Origin: Trueperaceae bacterium
Lineage (GTDB): Bacteria; Deinococcota; Deinococci; Deinococcales; Trueperaceae
DNA: 64,000 nt
NCBI GenBank assembly: GCA_034521815.1
Contig: JAXHLW010000001.1
Coordinates: 279,907-343,906, forward strand
Direction: 5' to 3'
A program made the translations under genes and the position numbers. Position 1 is the stretch's first letter; every line of letters starts with the position of its first letter. Under the pieces are notes generated by a model. The model saw only the letters and a list, made by a program, of their open reading frames with translations, was not told the DNA's origin and did no database searches. Shown here piece by piece: positions 22,043 to 33,872 of this stretch.

Positions 22043-23554
22043 ATGTACGCAGATCCCAAGACCCCCGGATGGCAGCGAGATGCGATCTGGACAGCGGGGA
22101 CGATTCTGGTCGTCGCCGCCCTGCTCACGGCCGCCGCCCTGGCGTGGAGTCGCGCTTCGGACGAAGCGTCCGGCACGCGCGTCCTCGAAGCCGGCCTGCG
22201 CCTGACCCTGTTGCCGGACACCGTGTTGCCGGACAGCGTGTCGCCGGACAGCGTGTCGCCCGACGCGGACAGGAGGGCCGCCGGCGCCGACGCGGCGACG
22301 GCGCTCGCGGTCCGAACCGAGTCCGAGATCGTTCCCGGCGAGCCGTTCGAGGCGCTGCCGGGGTCGGGGGTCGTGATCGACCCGACCGAGCTGCCGGGCT
22401 TCGACGTCGAAGCCGTGCTGGACAGGATCGCAGGCGTCTGGTCGCTCGTGCTGCTGGACGAGGGCCGAGACGCGCTGCTGCGCCGCGTCGACGACGCCGG
22501 GCTGCGCTCGCAGCTGACGCGAACGATCGACGGTCCCGGGACCGACCTGGTCGACGCCGAGCTGGCGAACGAGATGATGCCGTCCGGCTTGGACAACGGC
22601 TCGCGCATGGCGAACTGGCCGCTGCAGGCGCAGCGCGAGCCGGGCGAGCCGGTCCAGCCCATCGTCGGCGTGTTCGTGTTCTTCGACGCCGACGAGCTCC
22701 GCCCGCTCAGCGAGCGGCAGATCGGTGCCAGCGTCGTTCGGCGGCTCGCCGAGATCGTCGTCGCAGATGGATCGGACGTCGGCAGAGACGCGATCACGAA
22801 CGCCAACCTCGCGACCCGCTACGAGCAGGGACTGAGCGGGGCGCGCGAAGCGCTCCACGAGCTGATGGCGGCGATGCTGTCGGCGAACGGCGAGGAGATC
22901 GAGACCCGGCTGGACGAGGCGCGCGCCGTCCAGGCGGGCGAGACGCCCGAGGTCCCGGGCCTGTCCGGCTTGGTCGGCAGCGCCGAGCTGGCGGGCCTGC
23001 CGATCGACGTGGCCAACGATCGGATCGTCGAGGCTCTGGCCGTACGCACGCGGCAGGACGGCGTGGGCGTTCTGGACGAGCTGCTCGCCGGCGATCCGCG
23101 TAGCGACCGGCTGGCGGCCGCCGGGCCGGTGTTGGCGCCGTTCACGCGCGTCGGGCACGACCGCGCCCGACGACTCGCCTGGTCGTCGGGCGCGGTGGCG
23201 CTGATCGCGCTGGCGTTGCTGGCGGTGCTGGCTCGCGGTGCGGGACGGCTGGCCCGCCCCGGCATCGCACTGGTGCTCGCGGCCGCTCCCGGAGCCGCCG
23301 CGGCCTGGGCGGTGAGCCGTGCCGTGGACGGAACCGAGCCGCCCGCTCTTCCGTCCGGCGCGCGGGTCGAGGGGGTGTTCGGCGAGCTGGCCGGGCTTCT
23401 CCGGCACGTGATCGCCGCGCTTCCCCCGGGCGTGGTCGACGACGCCCTTCGCGTCCACCTGGTCCTGGGCGCTGCCGGTGCGCTGGCGTTGGTCGTCGCG
23501 CTGCTGGCGTTGGCGGCCGGCGCGGTCCGGCCGCGCCGACGCGGCTACCTTTGA
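22043..23554 (+). CDS. Hypothetical membrane protein (N-terminal TM, large extracytoplasmic region, three C-terminal TMs)
   Basis: AGGAGG RBS; hydrophobic segment pattern; codon style matches genome. Confidence 0.75.
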   Translation: MYADPKTPGWQRDAIWTAGTILVVAALLTAAALAWSRASDEASGTRVLEAGLRLTLLPDTVLPDSVSPDSVSPDADRRAAGADAATALAVRTESEIVPGEPFEALPGSGVVIDPTELPGFDVEAVLDRIAGVWSLVLLDEGRDALLRRVDDAGLRSQLTRTIDGPGTDLVDAELANEMMPSGLDNGSRMANWPLQAQREPGEPVQPIVGVFVFFDADELRPLSERQIGASVVRRLAEIVVADGSDVGRDAITNANLATRYEQGLSGAREALHELMAAMLSANGEEIETRLDEARAVQAGETPEVPGLSGLVGSAELAGLPIDVANDRIVEALAVRTRQDGVGVLDELLAGDPRSDRLAAAGPVLAPFTRVGHDRARRLAWSSGAVALIALALLAVLARGAGRLARPGIALVLAAAPGAAAAWAVSRAVDGTEPPALPSGARVEGVFGELAGLLRHVIAALPPGVVDDALRVHLVLGAAGALALVVALLALAAGAVRPRRRGYL

Positions 23555-23625
23555 CGCCTGCGCACACGCGTCGGGTCGTCGCCGACGACGGCCGCGACCG
23601 CTCGCGAAACGGCTAGGCTCGAGGC

Positions 23626-25809
23626 ATGGATTCCGTCTCGGACCCAGGCTCGGACTTCGTCTCGGACCCCGCGTTGACACCGGTTCGCCATGAGCCGTAC
23701 GACCTGCCGGTGGCGGTGCGACCCGGTCGCGTGCCCGACGGCGCTCCGCTGGACCACCCCTCGCTGTACCTGAACCGCGAGGCGGGCGATCTCGACTTCG
23801 ACGCGCGCGTGCTGGCGCAGGCGATGGATCACCGCGTGCCGCTCCTCGAGCGGGTCCGCTACCTCGCCATCTCGGCATCGAACCTCGACGAGTTCGTCAT
23901 GAAGCGTGTCGGCGGTCTGTTGCGTCAGCAGGCCGCCGGCGTGGTGGCGGTCAGTCCCGACGGGCGCACGCCCAGCGAGCAGATCGCTCTGGTCCGGTCC
24001 GCGATGCGGCCGCTGTACGCGCGCATGGAGGCGCTGTGGCGCGACGAGCTGCGGCCCGCGCTCCGCGCGAACGCCGACATCGACGTCGTCGACGCGGACG
24101 ACCTCGACGAGAACGAGGCCGCCGCCGCCGCGGACCTGTTCATGCGCGACTTCTACGGCATCGTCACGCCTCTGGCCGTCGACTCCGGTCGGCCGTTTCC
24201 CCTGATCAGCAACCTGAGTCTGTCGATCGCGGTGCTGCTCCGGTGGCCCAAGAGCGCCGAGGAGCTGTTCGTTCGGATCAAGGTGCCGACCTCGCACGGG
24301 CGGTTCGTGAGGACCTCGCGCGGAAGGCTGCTGCCGGTCGAGCAGCTGATCGAGGGGCATGTCGATCGCTTCTTCCCGGGCATGGAGGTGGTCGGGGCGT
24401 GGCGCTTCCGCGTGACGCGCAACGCCGACATGAGGCTCGACGAGGAGGAGGCCGACGACCTGATCGCCGCCATCGGCGAGGAGCTGCGCGAGCGTCGCTT
24501 CGCCCCGGTGGTGCGCCTCGAGGTCGAGGCGGACATGCCGGCACGGGTGCGGCGCTACCTCAGTGATCAGCTCCAGGTCGCCGACGAGGACGTGATCGAG
24601 GCGGCGAGGGTGCTCGCGCTGGCCGACCTCTCCGAGCTGGCCGACACCGACGACCCCGAGCATCTGTTCGAGCCGTGGCACGGCATCACGGCGCGTCGCA
24701 TCGCGACGCACTACGCCACCGACGAGCACGCCTCGCTGTTCGACCTGATCCGCGCCTCGGACGTGCTGGTGCACCATCCGTACGACCTGTTCCGGACCAG
24801 CGTGCAGCGCTTCATCGAGGAGGCGGCCGACGATCCGGACGTGCTGGCGATCAAGCAGACGCTCTACCGCACCAGTCGGCAGAGCCCCATCGTCGCGGCG
24901 CTGGTGCGCGCGGCCGAGCGAGGCAAGCAGGTCGCGGCCCTGGTCGAGGTGAAGGCCCGCTTCGACGAGGCGAACAACATCGAGTGGGGCGAGCGTCTCG
25001 AGGCCGCCGGCGTGCACGTCAGCTACGGCTTCGTGGACCTGAAGATCCACACCAAGGTGGCGCTGGTCGTTCGCCGCGAGCGGGACGGGATTCGCACCTA
25101 CGCGCACGTGGGAACGGGCAACTACAACGCCAACACCGCCCGCCTCTACACCGACGTGGGCCTGCTCACCTGCGACCCGGCGATCGGCGCCGACCTCGTG
25201 AACCTGTTCCACCACATCACCGGCTTCGCGCCCGAGCAGCGCTACCACGACCTGCTCGTGGCGCCGTGGGACATGCGTGACCGGTTCCTGGCGCTGATCG
25301 AGCGTGAGATCGGCCATCAGCGTGCCGGTCGCCAAGGCCGCATCGTGGCGAAGATGAACGGCCTCGACGACGTGCCGATCATCCAGGCGCTCTACCGCGC
25401 CGCGCAGGCGGGGGTGCGCATCGAGCTGATGGTGCGCGGCCATTGCCGACTCAGGCCGGGCGTGGAGGGCGTGAGCGAGAACATCCGCGTGATGAGCGTG
25501 ATCGGCAGGTTCCTGGAGCACGACCGGATCTTCCTGTTCGACAACGGGGGCGAGACCGAGGTGTTCCTCGGGAGCGCCGACTGGAAGCGCCGGAACCTGA
25601 GCGACCGGATCGAGGCGATCGTGCCGGTACGCGATCCCGAGCTGAAGGGCCGGCTCGTCGGCGTGCTCGACGCAGCGCTTCACGACAACCGCAGCGCGTG
25701 GGACCTGATGGCCGACGGTCGCTACGTGCAACGGTGGCCCGCCCCGGGCGAGCAGGTCCAGGCGCTCCAAGACGAGCTGATGCAGCGCGCGCTACGCGCC
25801 GAGCTCTGA
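23626..25809 (+). CDS. ppk1: Polyphosphate kinase 1
   Basis: YLNRE, SNLDEF, PFPLISNLS, HHPY, IKQTLYRT, KARFDE, KIHTK, GTGNYN, GRFLEH, GSAD. Confidence 0.97.
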   Translation: MDSVSDPGSDFVSDPALTPVRHEPYDLPVAVRPGRVPDGAPLDHPSLYLNREAGDLDFDARVLAQAMDHRVPLLERVRYLAISASNLDEFVMKRVGGLLRQQAAGVVAVSPDGRTPSEQIALVRSAMRPLYARMEALWRDELRPALRANADIDVVDADDLDENEAAAAADLFMRDFYGIVTPLAVDSGRPFPLISNLSLSIAVLLRWPKSAEELFVRIKVPTSHGRFVRTSRGRLLPVEQLIEGHVDRFFPGMEVVGAWRFRVTRNADMRLDEEEADDLIAAIGEELRERRFAPVVRLEVEADMPARVRRYLSDQLQVADEDVIEAARVLALADLSELADTDDPEHLFEPWHGITARRIATHYATDEHASLFDLIRASDVLVHHPYDLFRTSVQRFIEEAADDPDVLAIKQTLYRTSRQSPIVAALVRAAERGKQVAALVEVKARFDEANNIEWGERLEAAGVHVSYGFVDLKIHTKVALVVRRERDGIRTYAHVGTGNYNANTARLYTDVGLLTCDPAIGADLVNLFHHITGFAPEQRYHDLLVAPWDMRDRFLALIEREIGHQRAGRQGRIVAKMNGLDDVPIIQALYRAAQAGVRIELMVRGHCRLRPGVEGVSENIRVMSVIGRFLEHDRIFLFDNGGETEVFLGSADWKRRNLSDRIEAIVPVRDPELKGRLVGVLDAALHDNRSAWDLMADGRYVQRWPAPGEQVQALQDELMQRALRAEL

Positions 25810-26781
25810 GCCGAGCTCCGAGCCGAGCTCCGAGCCGAGCCGTGCGGAGCCCGCATCCGCCCTACGCCAGACGTCCGGCGCGAGCCCCGCCTCGGCGACC
25901 ATCGCGTCCAGATCGCTCGTGGAAAGCGGATGGCGTCCCGCCACCGCGACGAACGCCGCCTCGAGCAGGTTCGTCGGAAGACTGCGCCCCTCGATCCGCG
26001 GGGTGGTCGTCGCCACGCACCGCACGCCGCGCGCGACGAGGTCGGCCAGGTCGGCCGGCGTCGTCGTGTTCGTGAGGATCGTCTTGCCGGACAGGTCCTG
26101 CGGCGCGAAACGGGCGATCAGGTGCCAGTCGCCGGCCACCACCTCGGCCTCGTCGAACCATCGCGCTCGCCAGCCGGTCACGGCCCGCTCCTGCCTCGCG
26201 CCGGTGGGGTAGATCCACGCCATCGGAGCGCGCGCCACGATCGGGGCGACGAGCCGGACGCGGCGCTCGAACGCGCTCAGGTCGTGCATCGCGATGGGAA
26301 GGCCCAGCAGGAAGGCGAAGTCGCCGATCGTCAGTCGCGCGCCGGCACGGTCCAGCGCTTCGGCCATCCCCCAGCGGTCCGCGGCCGAGGGCAGCAGGAC
26401 GCGGCGGGCGCGCCAGCCGACCTCGGCGTCCAGCGACTCGACGACGCGACGCTCCAACGTGGTCTTGAGCCCCACGCCGCACACGACCGGCGTGGCTCCG
26501 GCGTGCTTGGCCAAGGCGGCGCTCTCCCGGATCCGGTAGCTTCGCCCGGCAATGCGCAGCTCGAGGTCCGCGCCGCCCAGCCCGAACGCGTCCACGTCGC
26601 CGCGCAGACGCTCGTACGCGCGTGCCGCCGCGGCGACGTCGCCGTCCGTGCCGATCCGCTCCATGACGACGCGGCGGCCCAGCAGCGTCATCTCCATCCG
26701 GGCGTCGCGACGCGACGATCCTCTCGACACGCTGACGACGCGCAGCGGCCGGTCCGGATCGCGGGACGCGCGAGCGTTCAC
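25792..26781 (-). CDS. Conserved protein of uncertain function (family often auto-annotated 'quinate 5-dehydrogenase')
   Basis: VVSVSRGSSRRD...ERIGTDGD...DAFGLGG, TILTNTTT, TTTPRIEGRS..TNLLEAA recalled as this family; function not supported from sequence alone. Confidence 0.7.
   Translation of the reverse strand: MNARASRDPDRPLRVVSVSRGSSRRDARMEMTLLGRRVVMERIGTDGDVAAAARAYERLRGDVDAFGLGGADLELRIAGRSYRIRESAALAKHAGATPVVCGVGLKTTLERRVVESLDAEVGWRARRVLLPSAADRWGMAEALDRAGARLTIGDFAFLLGLPIAMHDLSAFERRVRLVAPIVARAPMAWIYPTGARQERAVTGWRARWFDEAEVVAGDWHLIARFAPQDLSGKTILTNTTTPADLADLVARGVRCVATTTPRIEGRSLPTNLLEAAFVAVAGRHPLSTSDLDAMVAEAGLAPDVWRRADAGSARLGSELGSELGSELGA
25798..25840. repeat. 12-bp tandem repeat at the convergent overlap with ppk1
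   Basis: gccgagctc(t/c)ga x3.5; encodes LGSE repeats on the minus strand. Confidence 0.9.
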
Positions 26782-26782
26782 C

Positions 26783-27373
26783 TCACTCCTCCTTCGTCAC
26801 CACGGCCAGCGGATCGACGGCGCGCTGCGAGACCTTGCCGCGCACCTGCGTTCCGAACTGGCGCAACATCCACAGCTCCGGCACGATCTCGGTGACCAGC
26901 TCGCCACGATCGAAGATGCGGACCATCGAGCTCTCCGACACGACGACCGACACCGTGCGGGTCTGCGCGCTGATGGAGGCGGCCGCCATGTGACGGCTTC
27001 CGAGCCCCAGTGGAAGCTCGATCCCCTCGGCGCTGGCCGAGAGGTAGCGACAGGCGGCCACGGCGATGCCTTCGCCCGACACCACGAACGCTCCGTCGAG
27101 CTGCGCGAGCTCCTTGAGCGTCTCGCGCACGTTCGGGTCCACGATCGTCTTCGCCTCGTCGGGGTGGCCTTCGAGCGGGTCGAGGATCAGCGGGCGCGAG
27201 CGGGCCAGCACCGCCGCATGGTCGTCCACCGTGAACAACGCGCCGATCTTGCGTCCCTCGCGTCCCTCGCGCGCCAGCTCCAGGGCGATCAGCGTCACCT
27301 GCACCAACGCTTCGGGCCGGCAGCTGCGCTTGGCGAGGTACGCCTCGTCGAACAGCTCGACGTCGCGGAACAT
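26783..27373 (-). CDS. Stand-alone diadenylate cyclase (DisA_N/DAC domain) protein
   Basis: REGREGRKIGALF, KELAQLDGAFVV (DGA motif), GLGSRHMAA (RHR-like motif), VVVSES; no TM helices and no DisA HhH domain. Confidence 0.88.
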   Translation of the reverse strand: MFRDVELFDEAYLAKRSCRPEALVQVTLIALELAREGREGRKIGALFTVDDHAAVLARSRPLILDPLEGHPDEAKTIVDPNVRETLKELAQLDGAFVVSGEGIAVAACRYLSASAEGIELPLGLGSRHMAAASISAQTRTVSVVVSESSMVRIFDRGELVTEIVPELWMLRQFGTQVRGKVSQRAVDPLAVVTKEE

Positions 27374-27521
27374 TCAGGACGCCGGCTGCGGAACGGGGCG
27401 CGCGGGAGCGGACATGGCTCCAGGGTAGCCTGTCGGCGCGGCACCAGGCCACGCGAAGGGGCCGGCGCGGTCCGAAGCGACGCGACGTGGACGTGCCCAG
27501 GAGCGTTGCTACACTTCTCGG

Positions 27522-28926
<1,405 letters not shown>

Positions 28927-28949
28927 CGTCGTCCGGGTACGATGCCGCC

Positions 28950-29981
28950 ATGCGCGTCATCGACTTGAGAAGCGACACCGTCACCGTCCCCGACGCCGCG
29001 ATGCGGCAGGCCATGGCCGAGGCCGAGGTCGGCGACGACGTCTACGGCGAGGATCCGACCGTGCGGCGCCTGCAGGACGAGCTGGCCGAGATGGCCGGCT
29101 TCGAGGCGGGGCTGTTCTTCCCGACCGGCACGATGAGCAACCAGGCGGCGCTGGCGGCGCACACCGGCCGCGGCGTCGAAGTGATCGTCCCCGAGGGCGC
29201 GCACGTGTACGAGTACGAGCTCGGCGCGATGTCGATGCTGTCCGGTCTCACCCCCCGGCCGATCCCGGCGCCGGCCGGAATTCCGAGTCCAGGCGACCTG
29301 CGCGCCGCGGTGCACCGCAGCGTGCATCAGGCGCCGACCGGCCTGGTCGTGCTGGAGAACACGCACAACAAGGCCGGTGGCACGGTGCTTCCCTCCGACG
29401 TCCAGGCCGAGCTCCTGGCCGCTGCGCGCGACGAAGGGCTGCCCGTGCATCTCGACGGCGCCCGCGCCTTCAACGCCGCGGTCGCGCTCGGGGTCGGGAT
29501 CGACACGGTCACGCGCGGCTTCGACAGCGTCTCGATCTGCCTCAGCAAGGGGCTCGGTGCGCCGGCAGGGACGGTGCTGCTGGGAAGCAGGGAGCTGCTC
29601 GGCGTGGCCCACCGCTACCGCAAGGCGTTCGGCGGCGGCATGCGCCAGGTGGGCGTTCTGGCGGCGGCGGGGCTGGACGCGATCCGTCGGGGACCGGCGT
29701 GGCTGGCGGACGATCACGCTCGGGCGCGGCGACTGGCGGAGGCGCTGGCGTCGACGCCGGGCGTCGCGATCGACCTGAGTCGCGTCCAGACGAACATGGT
29801 GTACGTAGGCGTCGACGATGCGGCAGCGGTCGCCGCCGATTGGGCGCGACACGGCGTACGGGCCAACGCGCTGGGGCCGAGCTCGATCCGACTGGTCACG
29901 CACCACCAGATCGACGACGACGACATCGGCGTCGCGGCGCGGACGATGATCGATCGGCTCGAGCGGCGCCACGCCGCCTGA
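28950..29981 (+). CDS. ltaE: Low-specificity L-threonine aldolase
   Basis: [45 protein letters not shown]; own TACGAT-N6-ATG start. Confidence 0.93.
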   Translation: MRVIDLRSDTVTVPDAAMRQAMAEAEVGDDVYGEDPTVRRLQDELAEMAGFEAGLFFPTGTMSNQAALAAHTGRGVEVIVPEGAHVYEYELGAMSMLSGLTPRPIPAPAGIPSPGDLRAAVHRSVHQAPTGLVVLENTHNKAGGTVLPSDVQAELLAAARDEGLPVHLDGARAFNAAVALGVGIDTVTRGFDSVSICLSKGLGAPAGTVLLGSRELLGVAHRYRKAFGGGMRQVGVLAAAGLDAIRRGPAWLADDHARARRLAEALASTPGVAIDLSRVQTNMVYVGVDDAAAVAADWARHGVRANALGPSSIRLVTHHQIDDDDIGVAARTMIDRLERRHAA

Positions 29982-29996
29982 AGGGCAGGCCCTCGA

Positions 29997-30870
29997 ATGT
30001 CCAGCCGAGCCGTCCTGCTCGCACATCCGGCGGGACACAGCCTGAGTCCGGCGATGCAGAACGCGGCGTTCGAGGCGCTGGGCATCGACGCGCGCTACGA
30101 AGCCTGGGACGTACCGCCCGAGAGCCTCGCGAGCGCCGTCGAGACGCTTCGGCGCGACGTGGACCTGCTCGGATGCGAACGTGACCGTCCCGCACAAGGC
30201 GGCGGTCATGGCGCACCTGGACAGCGTGGCGCCGGTCGCGCAGGCGATCGGCGCCGTCAACGTGATCCGCCGCGACGGGGCTCGACTCCTGGGTGAGAAC
30301 AGCGACGCGGAAGGGTTCCGACGATCCCTCGACGAGTCCGGCGTTCAGCTGGCCGGCCGGCGTGTCGCGCTGCTGGGGGCCGGCGGTGCGGCCCACGCCG
30401 TCGCCTGGGCGGCGGTGAACGCCGGCGCCAGCGGTCTGTGGATCGTGAACCGGACGGTCGAGCGCGCTCAGAGCCTGGCCCGACGGATCGCGCCCGCCGG
30501 ATCCGCGTGCGACGTGCGGGTGCTGGCGCAGGCCGAGGAGGCCGTAGGCGCCGACGTGTGGGTCAACGCGACGTCGCTGGGGATGCGCCGGGCCGGCGTG
30601 GATCCGAGCGAGCGTCCCGTGCCTGCCCGCGTTTGGCGGACGGTGGGCGCCCTGCACGGCGACGCCGTCGCCGTCGACCTGGTGTACCGACCGCGCTCGA
30701 CACCGTTCCTCGTGGACGCCGAGGCGGCCGGCTTGCGAACCGTGGACGGCACCGGCATGTTGCTGCACCAGGGTGCCGTGGCGTTCGAGTCGTGGACCGG
30801 ACGGCACGCGCCGGTGAGCGCGATGCGGCGGGCGCTCGACGAGGCGCTGGCGGCGGAGACGATCCGATGA
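29997..30870 (+). CDS. aroE: Shikimate dehydrogenase, split by a +1 frameshift at ~30173
   Basis: HSLSPAMQNAAF in one frame, NVTVPHK / GAVN / NSD / LGAGGAA / NATSLG / DLVY / DGTGMLLHQG in the next; removing one base from 'ggatgcgaac' restores G-A-N-V. Confidence 0.9.
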
Positions 30871-31805
30871 TCGAGCCGTCTCGTCGCCCGCTGGATCTGC
30901 CGCAGGACCTGCGGACGATCGTGGTCCTTTCCGACGTGCACGGCAATCTGCCGGCGCTGGACGCGGTGATCGCGGATCTGGACGCGGTGTCTCCCGAGAT
31001 CGTGATCGTGAACGGCGACATGGTGAATCGCGGTCCGCAGGGCGCGGAGGTGCTGGACCGGATCGACGAGCTGGACTGGACGATGGTGCTCGGAAACCAC
31101 GACGACCTGTTGCGGATGTGGGTCGACCGCGACGCGTCGTTGCCGCCCAGCTGGTTCACCGACCCGTTCTGGCGGTCGACGGCGTGGTGCGCGGAGCGTC
31201 TGGAGCGGTCGGGCTGGCTTCCGCGGATCGCGGCCCTCCCGCTCACCATCGCGATCGAGCCTCCAGGCGCGTCCCGCCTGCTGGTCTCTCACGGAAGCCC
31301 GCGCCACTACCGAGAGGGGTACGGCGAGCACCTCGCCGACGAGGCGATCAGCGAGATCGTCGAGATGCACCCGTACGACGTGCTCGTCGGGTCGCACACG
31401 CACCGACCGATGGAGCGCCGCTGGGGTCGGCATCTGGTCCTGAACAGCGGAGCGGTGGGCACGCCGTTCAACGGCGATCCGCGAGCGCAGTACCTCGTGC
31501 TGCGACGGGACGGGCGCGACTGGACGCCGGAGTTCCGCCGGGTGGCGTACGACCGTGCCGCGGCGCTGAGCGTGTTCGAGGACAGCGGCTACCTGAGCGA
31601 CGGCGGACTCAGCGCACGACTGTACTGGCTCGAGGTCGCCACCGCGCGCAGCTGGCTGGTCCCGTTCCTGATGTGGAGCGAGAAGAACGGCATCGCGCGA
31701 GGCGAAGCGTCGTGGAGGAGGTTCCTGACCGAGCGCGGAACACGCCTCGAGGCGCCCGACGATGTCGGGGCCGACATCGTCGCGCGCAGCGGGCTGGCGG
31801 GGTAG
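30867..31805 (+). CDS. Calcineurin-like metallophosphoesterase (YfcE-like)
   Basis: SDVHGN, GDMVNRG, GNHD, HGSP, GSHTH, NSGAVG. Confidence 0.9.
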   Translation: MIEPSRRPLDLPQDLRTIVVLSDVHGNLPALDAVIADLDAVSPEIVIVNGDMVNRGPQGAEVLDRIDELDWTMVLGNHDDLLRMWVDRDASLPPSWFTDPFWRSTAWCAERLERSGWLPRIAALPLTIAIEPPGASRLLVSHGSPRHYREGYGEHLADEAISEIVEMHPYDVLVGSHTHRPMERRWGRHLVLNSGAVGTPFNGDPRAQYLVLRRDGRDWTPEFRRVAYDRAAALSVFEDSGYLSDGGLSARLYWLEVATARSWLVPFLMWSEKNGIARGEASWRRFLTERGTRLEAPDDVGADIVARSGLAG

Positions 31806-31841
31806 ACGACCTGCGGGGTCGAGATCCCTACGGGAACCGTC

Positions 31842-33872
31842 TCAGGCGGAACGACGCTCGATGCGCCAGGCGCCCTCGCGCACCGCCGTGAGCCGCAATC
31901 CGTCGGGCGGGTCGTCGGCGATGTCCGCGAGCATCTCCTGCGCGGTCGCGGGCTCCAGGTCGAAGCGCTTCGCGATCAGCTCGGTCTTCGCGATCATCGG
32001 CATCTCGGGGCTCGCCAAGAACCGTAGCAGACGCGTGCGCAGGTCGCCTCCGAGGAACCGTTCGGCCCGGATCGGAACGCCCGACGGAAGGGTAGCCCCA
32101 CGTTCTCGTGGAGACTCGATGGAACCTGCTTCCGGTCGGTCTGCCGCTGGTCGGTCGGCTGCGCATCGGTCGGCTGCCCGTCGGTCGGCTGCCGCATCGG
32201 CATCCTCGTCCCGCGCTTCGTCCACGTCGGCGATGCTCTCTGGCTCGTCGTGCTCGGCGTGCTGGCTCTGGTCCGTGGACGGGCCCTTCGCGTCGGGGAA
32301 GAGCGGCGTTCCGGACGCCAGCCACGACGGCATGCGTGCGCCGCGCTCGGGACGCTCGTCGGCAGGCATCTCGGGGCGCTCGTCATGGGTCCCGCGGTCG
32401 GTCGGGGCGCCGGGGTCGCCTCGCGCCGTGTCGAGGTCCGCCGTTTCGTCGACGGTCTCGTCGACGGTCTCGTCGCCGGCCGCGTCGACCGTGCCGTCGA
32501 CCGAGCCGTCGACCGCGACGTCCGTCGCCTCGTCCGTCGCCTCGTCCGTCGCCTCGCCCGTGGTGTCGGCCGGCACGTCGTACGGCACGTCGTCGGCTGC
32601 CGCCTGCTCGCTACGGTCCGTCGTCTCGCCCGTGATGGGGTGACGGCCGACGTCCGTGTGACGTCGCGCTGCCCCGAGCGGCGCATCGTCGGCCGTCTGC
32701 TCGGCCGCTCGCCCGGGGGCCTCCGTCGGCGTCGGCGCCGACGCCTGCGTCCGCGTCACCGTGGGCGTGCTCTCGGGCGTCACGGACCCGCCCATCGCGT
32801 GCGCCGTATCGAACGTGTCCGGATCGGCGTCGGTCTCGGCGGCGTCCGCATCCCAGGCGTGGATCCAGTCGTCGGGCTCGATGTCGGGGAGCTCGTCGGA
32901 GGGGTCGTCGTCGGCGTCGCGTGGCCGATCCCCACCACCGAACCATCCTCGCGCCGCCCGCAGAAGTCCTGCGAACGGTCCGCCGCCGGATCGCTGTGCC
33001 CTGCCGCGGTCGGACGCCCGGGCGCCGGCTCCGCCGTCCGTGGACCGATCTCGATCGCCGGACGACGAACGCGCGTCCGATGCCGGCCGCACGGTCACGC
33101 GAGGTGCACGCGGCGCGTCGTCGTCGCGGTCGTCCTGGAGCACGCCGTCGATCGGCCTGACGCCGGCGGGCCGGCCGAACGACGGCGACGTCGCGTCGTC
33201 CGGCGGCCGGACCTGCGCCGGTCCCGCCCTCCGCAGGTCGCGCGGGGCGTAGGGCTCGAAGCCCGTGCGCTCGTCTCCGAAACCGTCGTCGTAGGCGTCT
33301 TCTTCGTACGCGTCTTCGTACGCGTCGGCGTGGTCGGCTCGGTGGCGGTCCACTGCCTGGTCCGGCGTCGCCCCCGCGCCGTCGTCAGGCCGTGCGTTCG
33401 TGTCCGTGCCCGGCCGGGCACGCACCCGCGCCTCGGCGCCTTCGCGGTCGATCTCCCGGTCCGCGGCGCGCGCAGGGTCCTCGTCGTGCTGCGGCTCGGT
33501 GCGTCGCGGCTCGTCGTGGTGGCTGGCCCAGGTGCTGGGGGTGACCTTCGGACGCGAGCGCCGCGGGCGCTTGGCGACGGCGATGCGGACGTCGTCGCCG
33601 CGCAGCTCGAGAACCAGCTGATCGTTGACCTGGACCTCGTGACGCTCGAACAGGGGAGCGAGGCCCGAGAGTCGCCGTGGCGGCTCGGACCAGAGCACGA
33701 TCGGCTCGTCCGCCTCTACGTCGTGCACGAGGATCTCGCCCTCGGGAAGCGACCCGGACAGGGCGAACGGTAGCTGCACGCCGCCGCTGCGGAGGCACAT
33801 GCTCGTGATGCCGATCGCGTGACGCTCGCTCGGAACGCCCTGCCCCGTCGCGCGCTTCGCATCTTGATTCAC
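31842..33872 (-). CDS. Hypothetical protein: folded N- and C-terminal domains joined by a long acidic low-complexity linker
   Basis: GGAGAGGAG RBS; N-terminal ~100 aa globular; D/R/A/T/P-rich middle with DEAT/DETV repeats; C-terminal ~65 aa helix-turn-helix-plus-hairpin-like. Confidence 0.7.
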   Translation of the reverse strand: MNQDAKRATGQGVPSERHAIGITSMCLRSGGVQLPFALSGSLPEGEILVHDVEADEPIVLWSEPPRRLSGLAPLFERHEVQVNDQLVLELRGDDVRIAVAKRPRRSRPKVTPSTWASHHDEPRRTEPQHDEDPARAADREIDREGAEARVRARPGTDTNARPDDGAGATPDQAVDRHRADHADAYEDAYEEDAYDDGFGDERTGFEPYAPRDLRRAGPAQVRPPDDATSPSFGRPAGVRPIDGVLQDDRDDDAPRAPRVTVRPASDARSSSGDRDRSTDGGAGARASDRGRAQRSGGGPFAGLLRAARGWFGGGDRPRDADDDPSDELPDIEPDDWIHAWDADAAETDADPDTFDTAHAMGGSVTPESTPTVTRTQASAPTPTEAPGRAAEQTADDAPLGAARRHTDVGRHPITGETTDRSEQAAADDVPYDVPADTTGEATDEATDEATDVAVDGSVDGTVDAAGDETVDETVDETADLDTARGDPGAPTDRGTHDERPEMPADERPERGARMPSWLASGTPLFPDAKGPSTDQSQHAEHDEPESIADVDEARDEDADAAADRRAADRCAADRPAADRPEAGSIESPRERGATLPSGVPIRAERFLGGDLRTRLLRFLASPEMPMIAKTELIAKRFDLEPATAQEMLADIADDPPDGLRLTAVREGAWRIERRSA

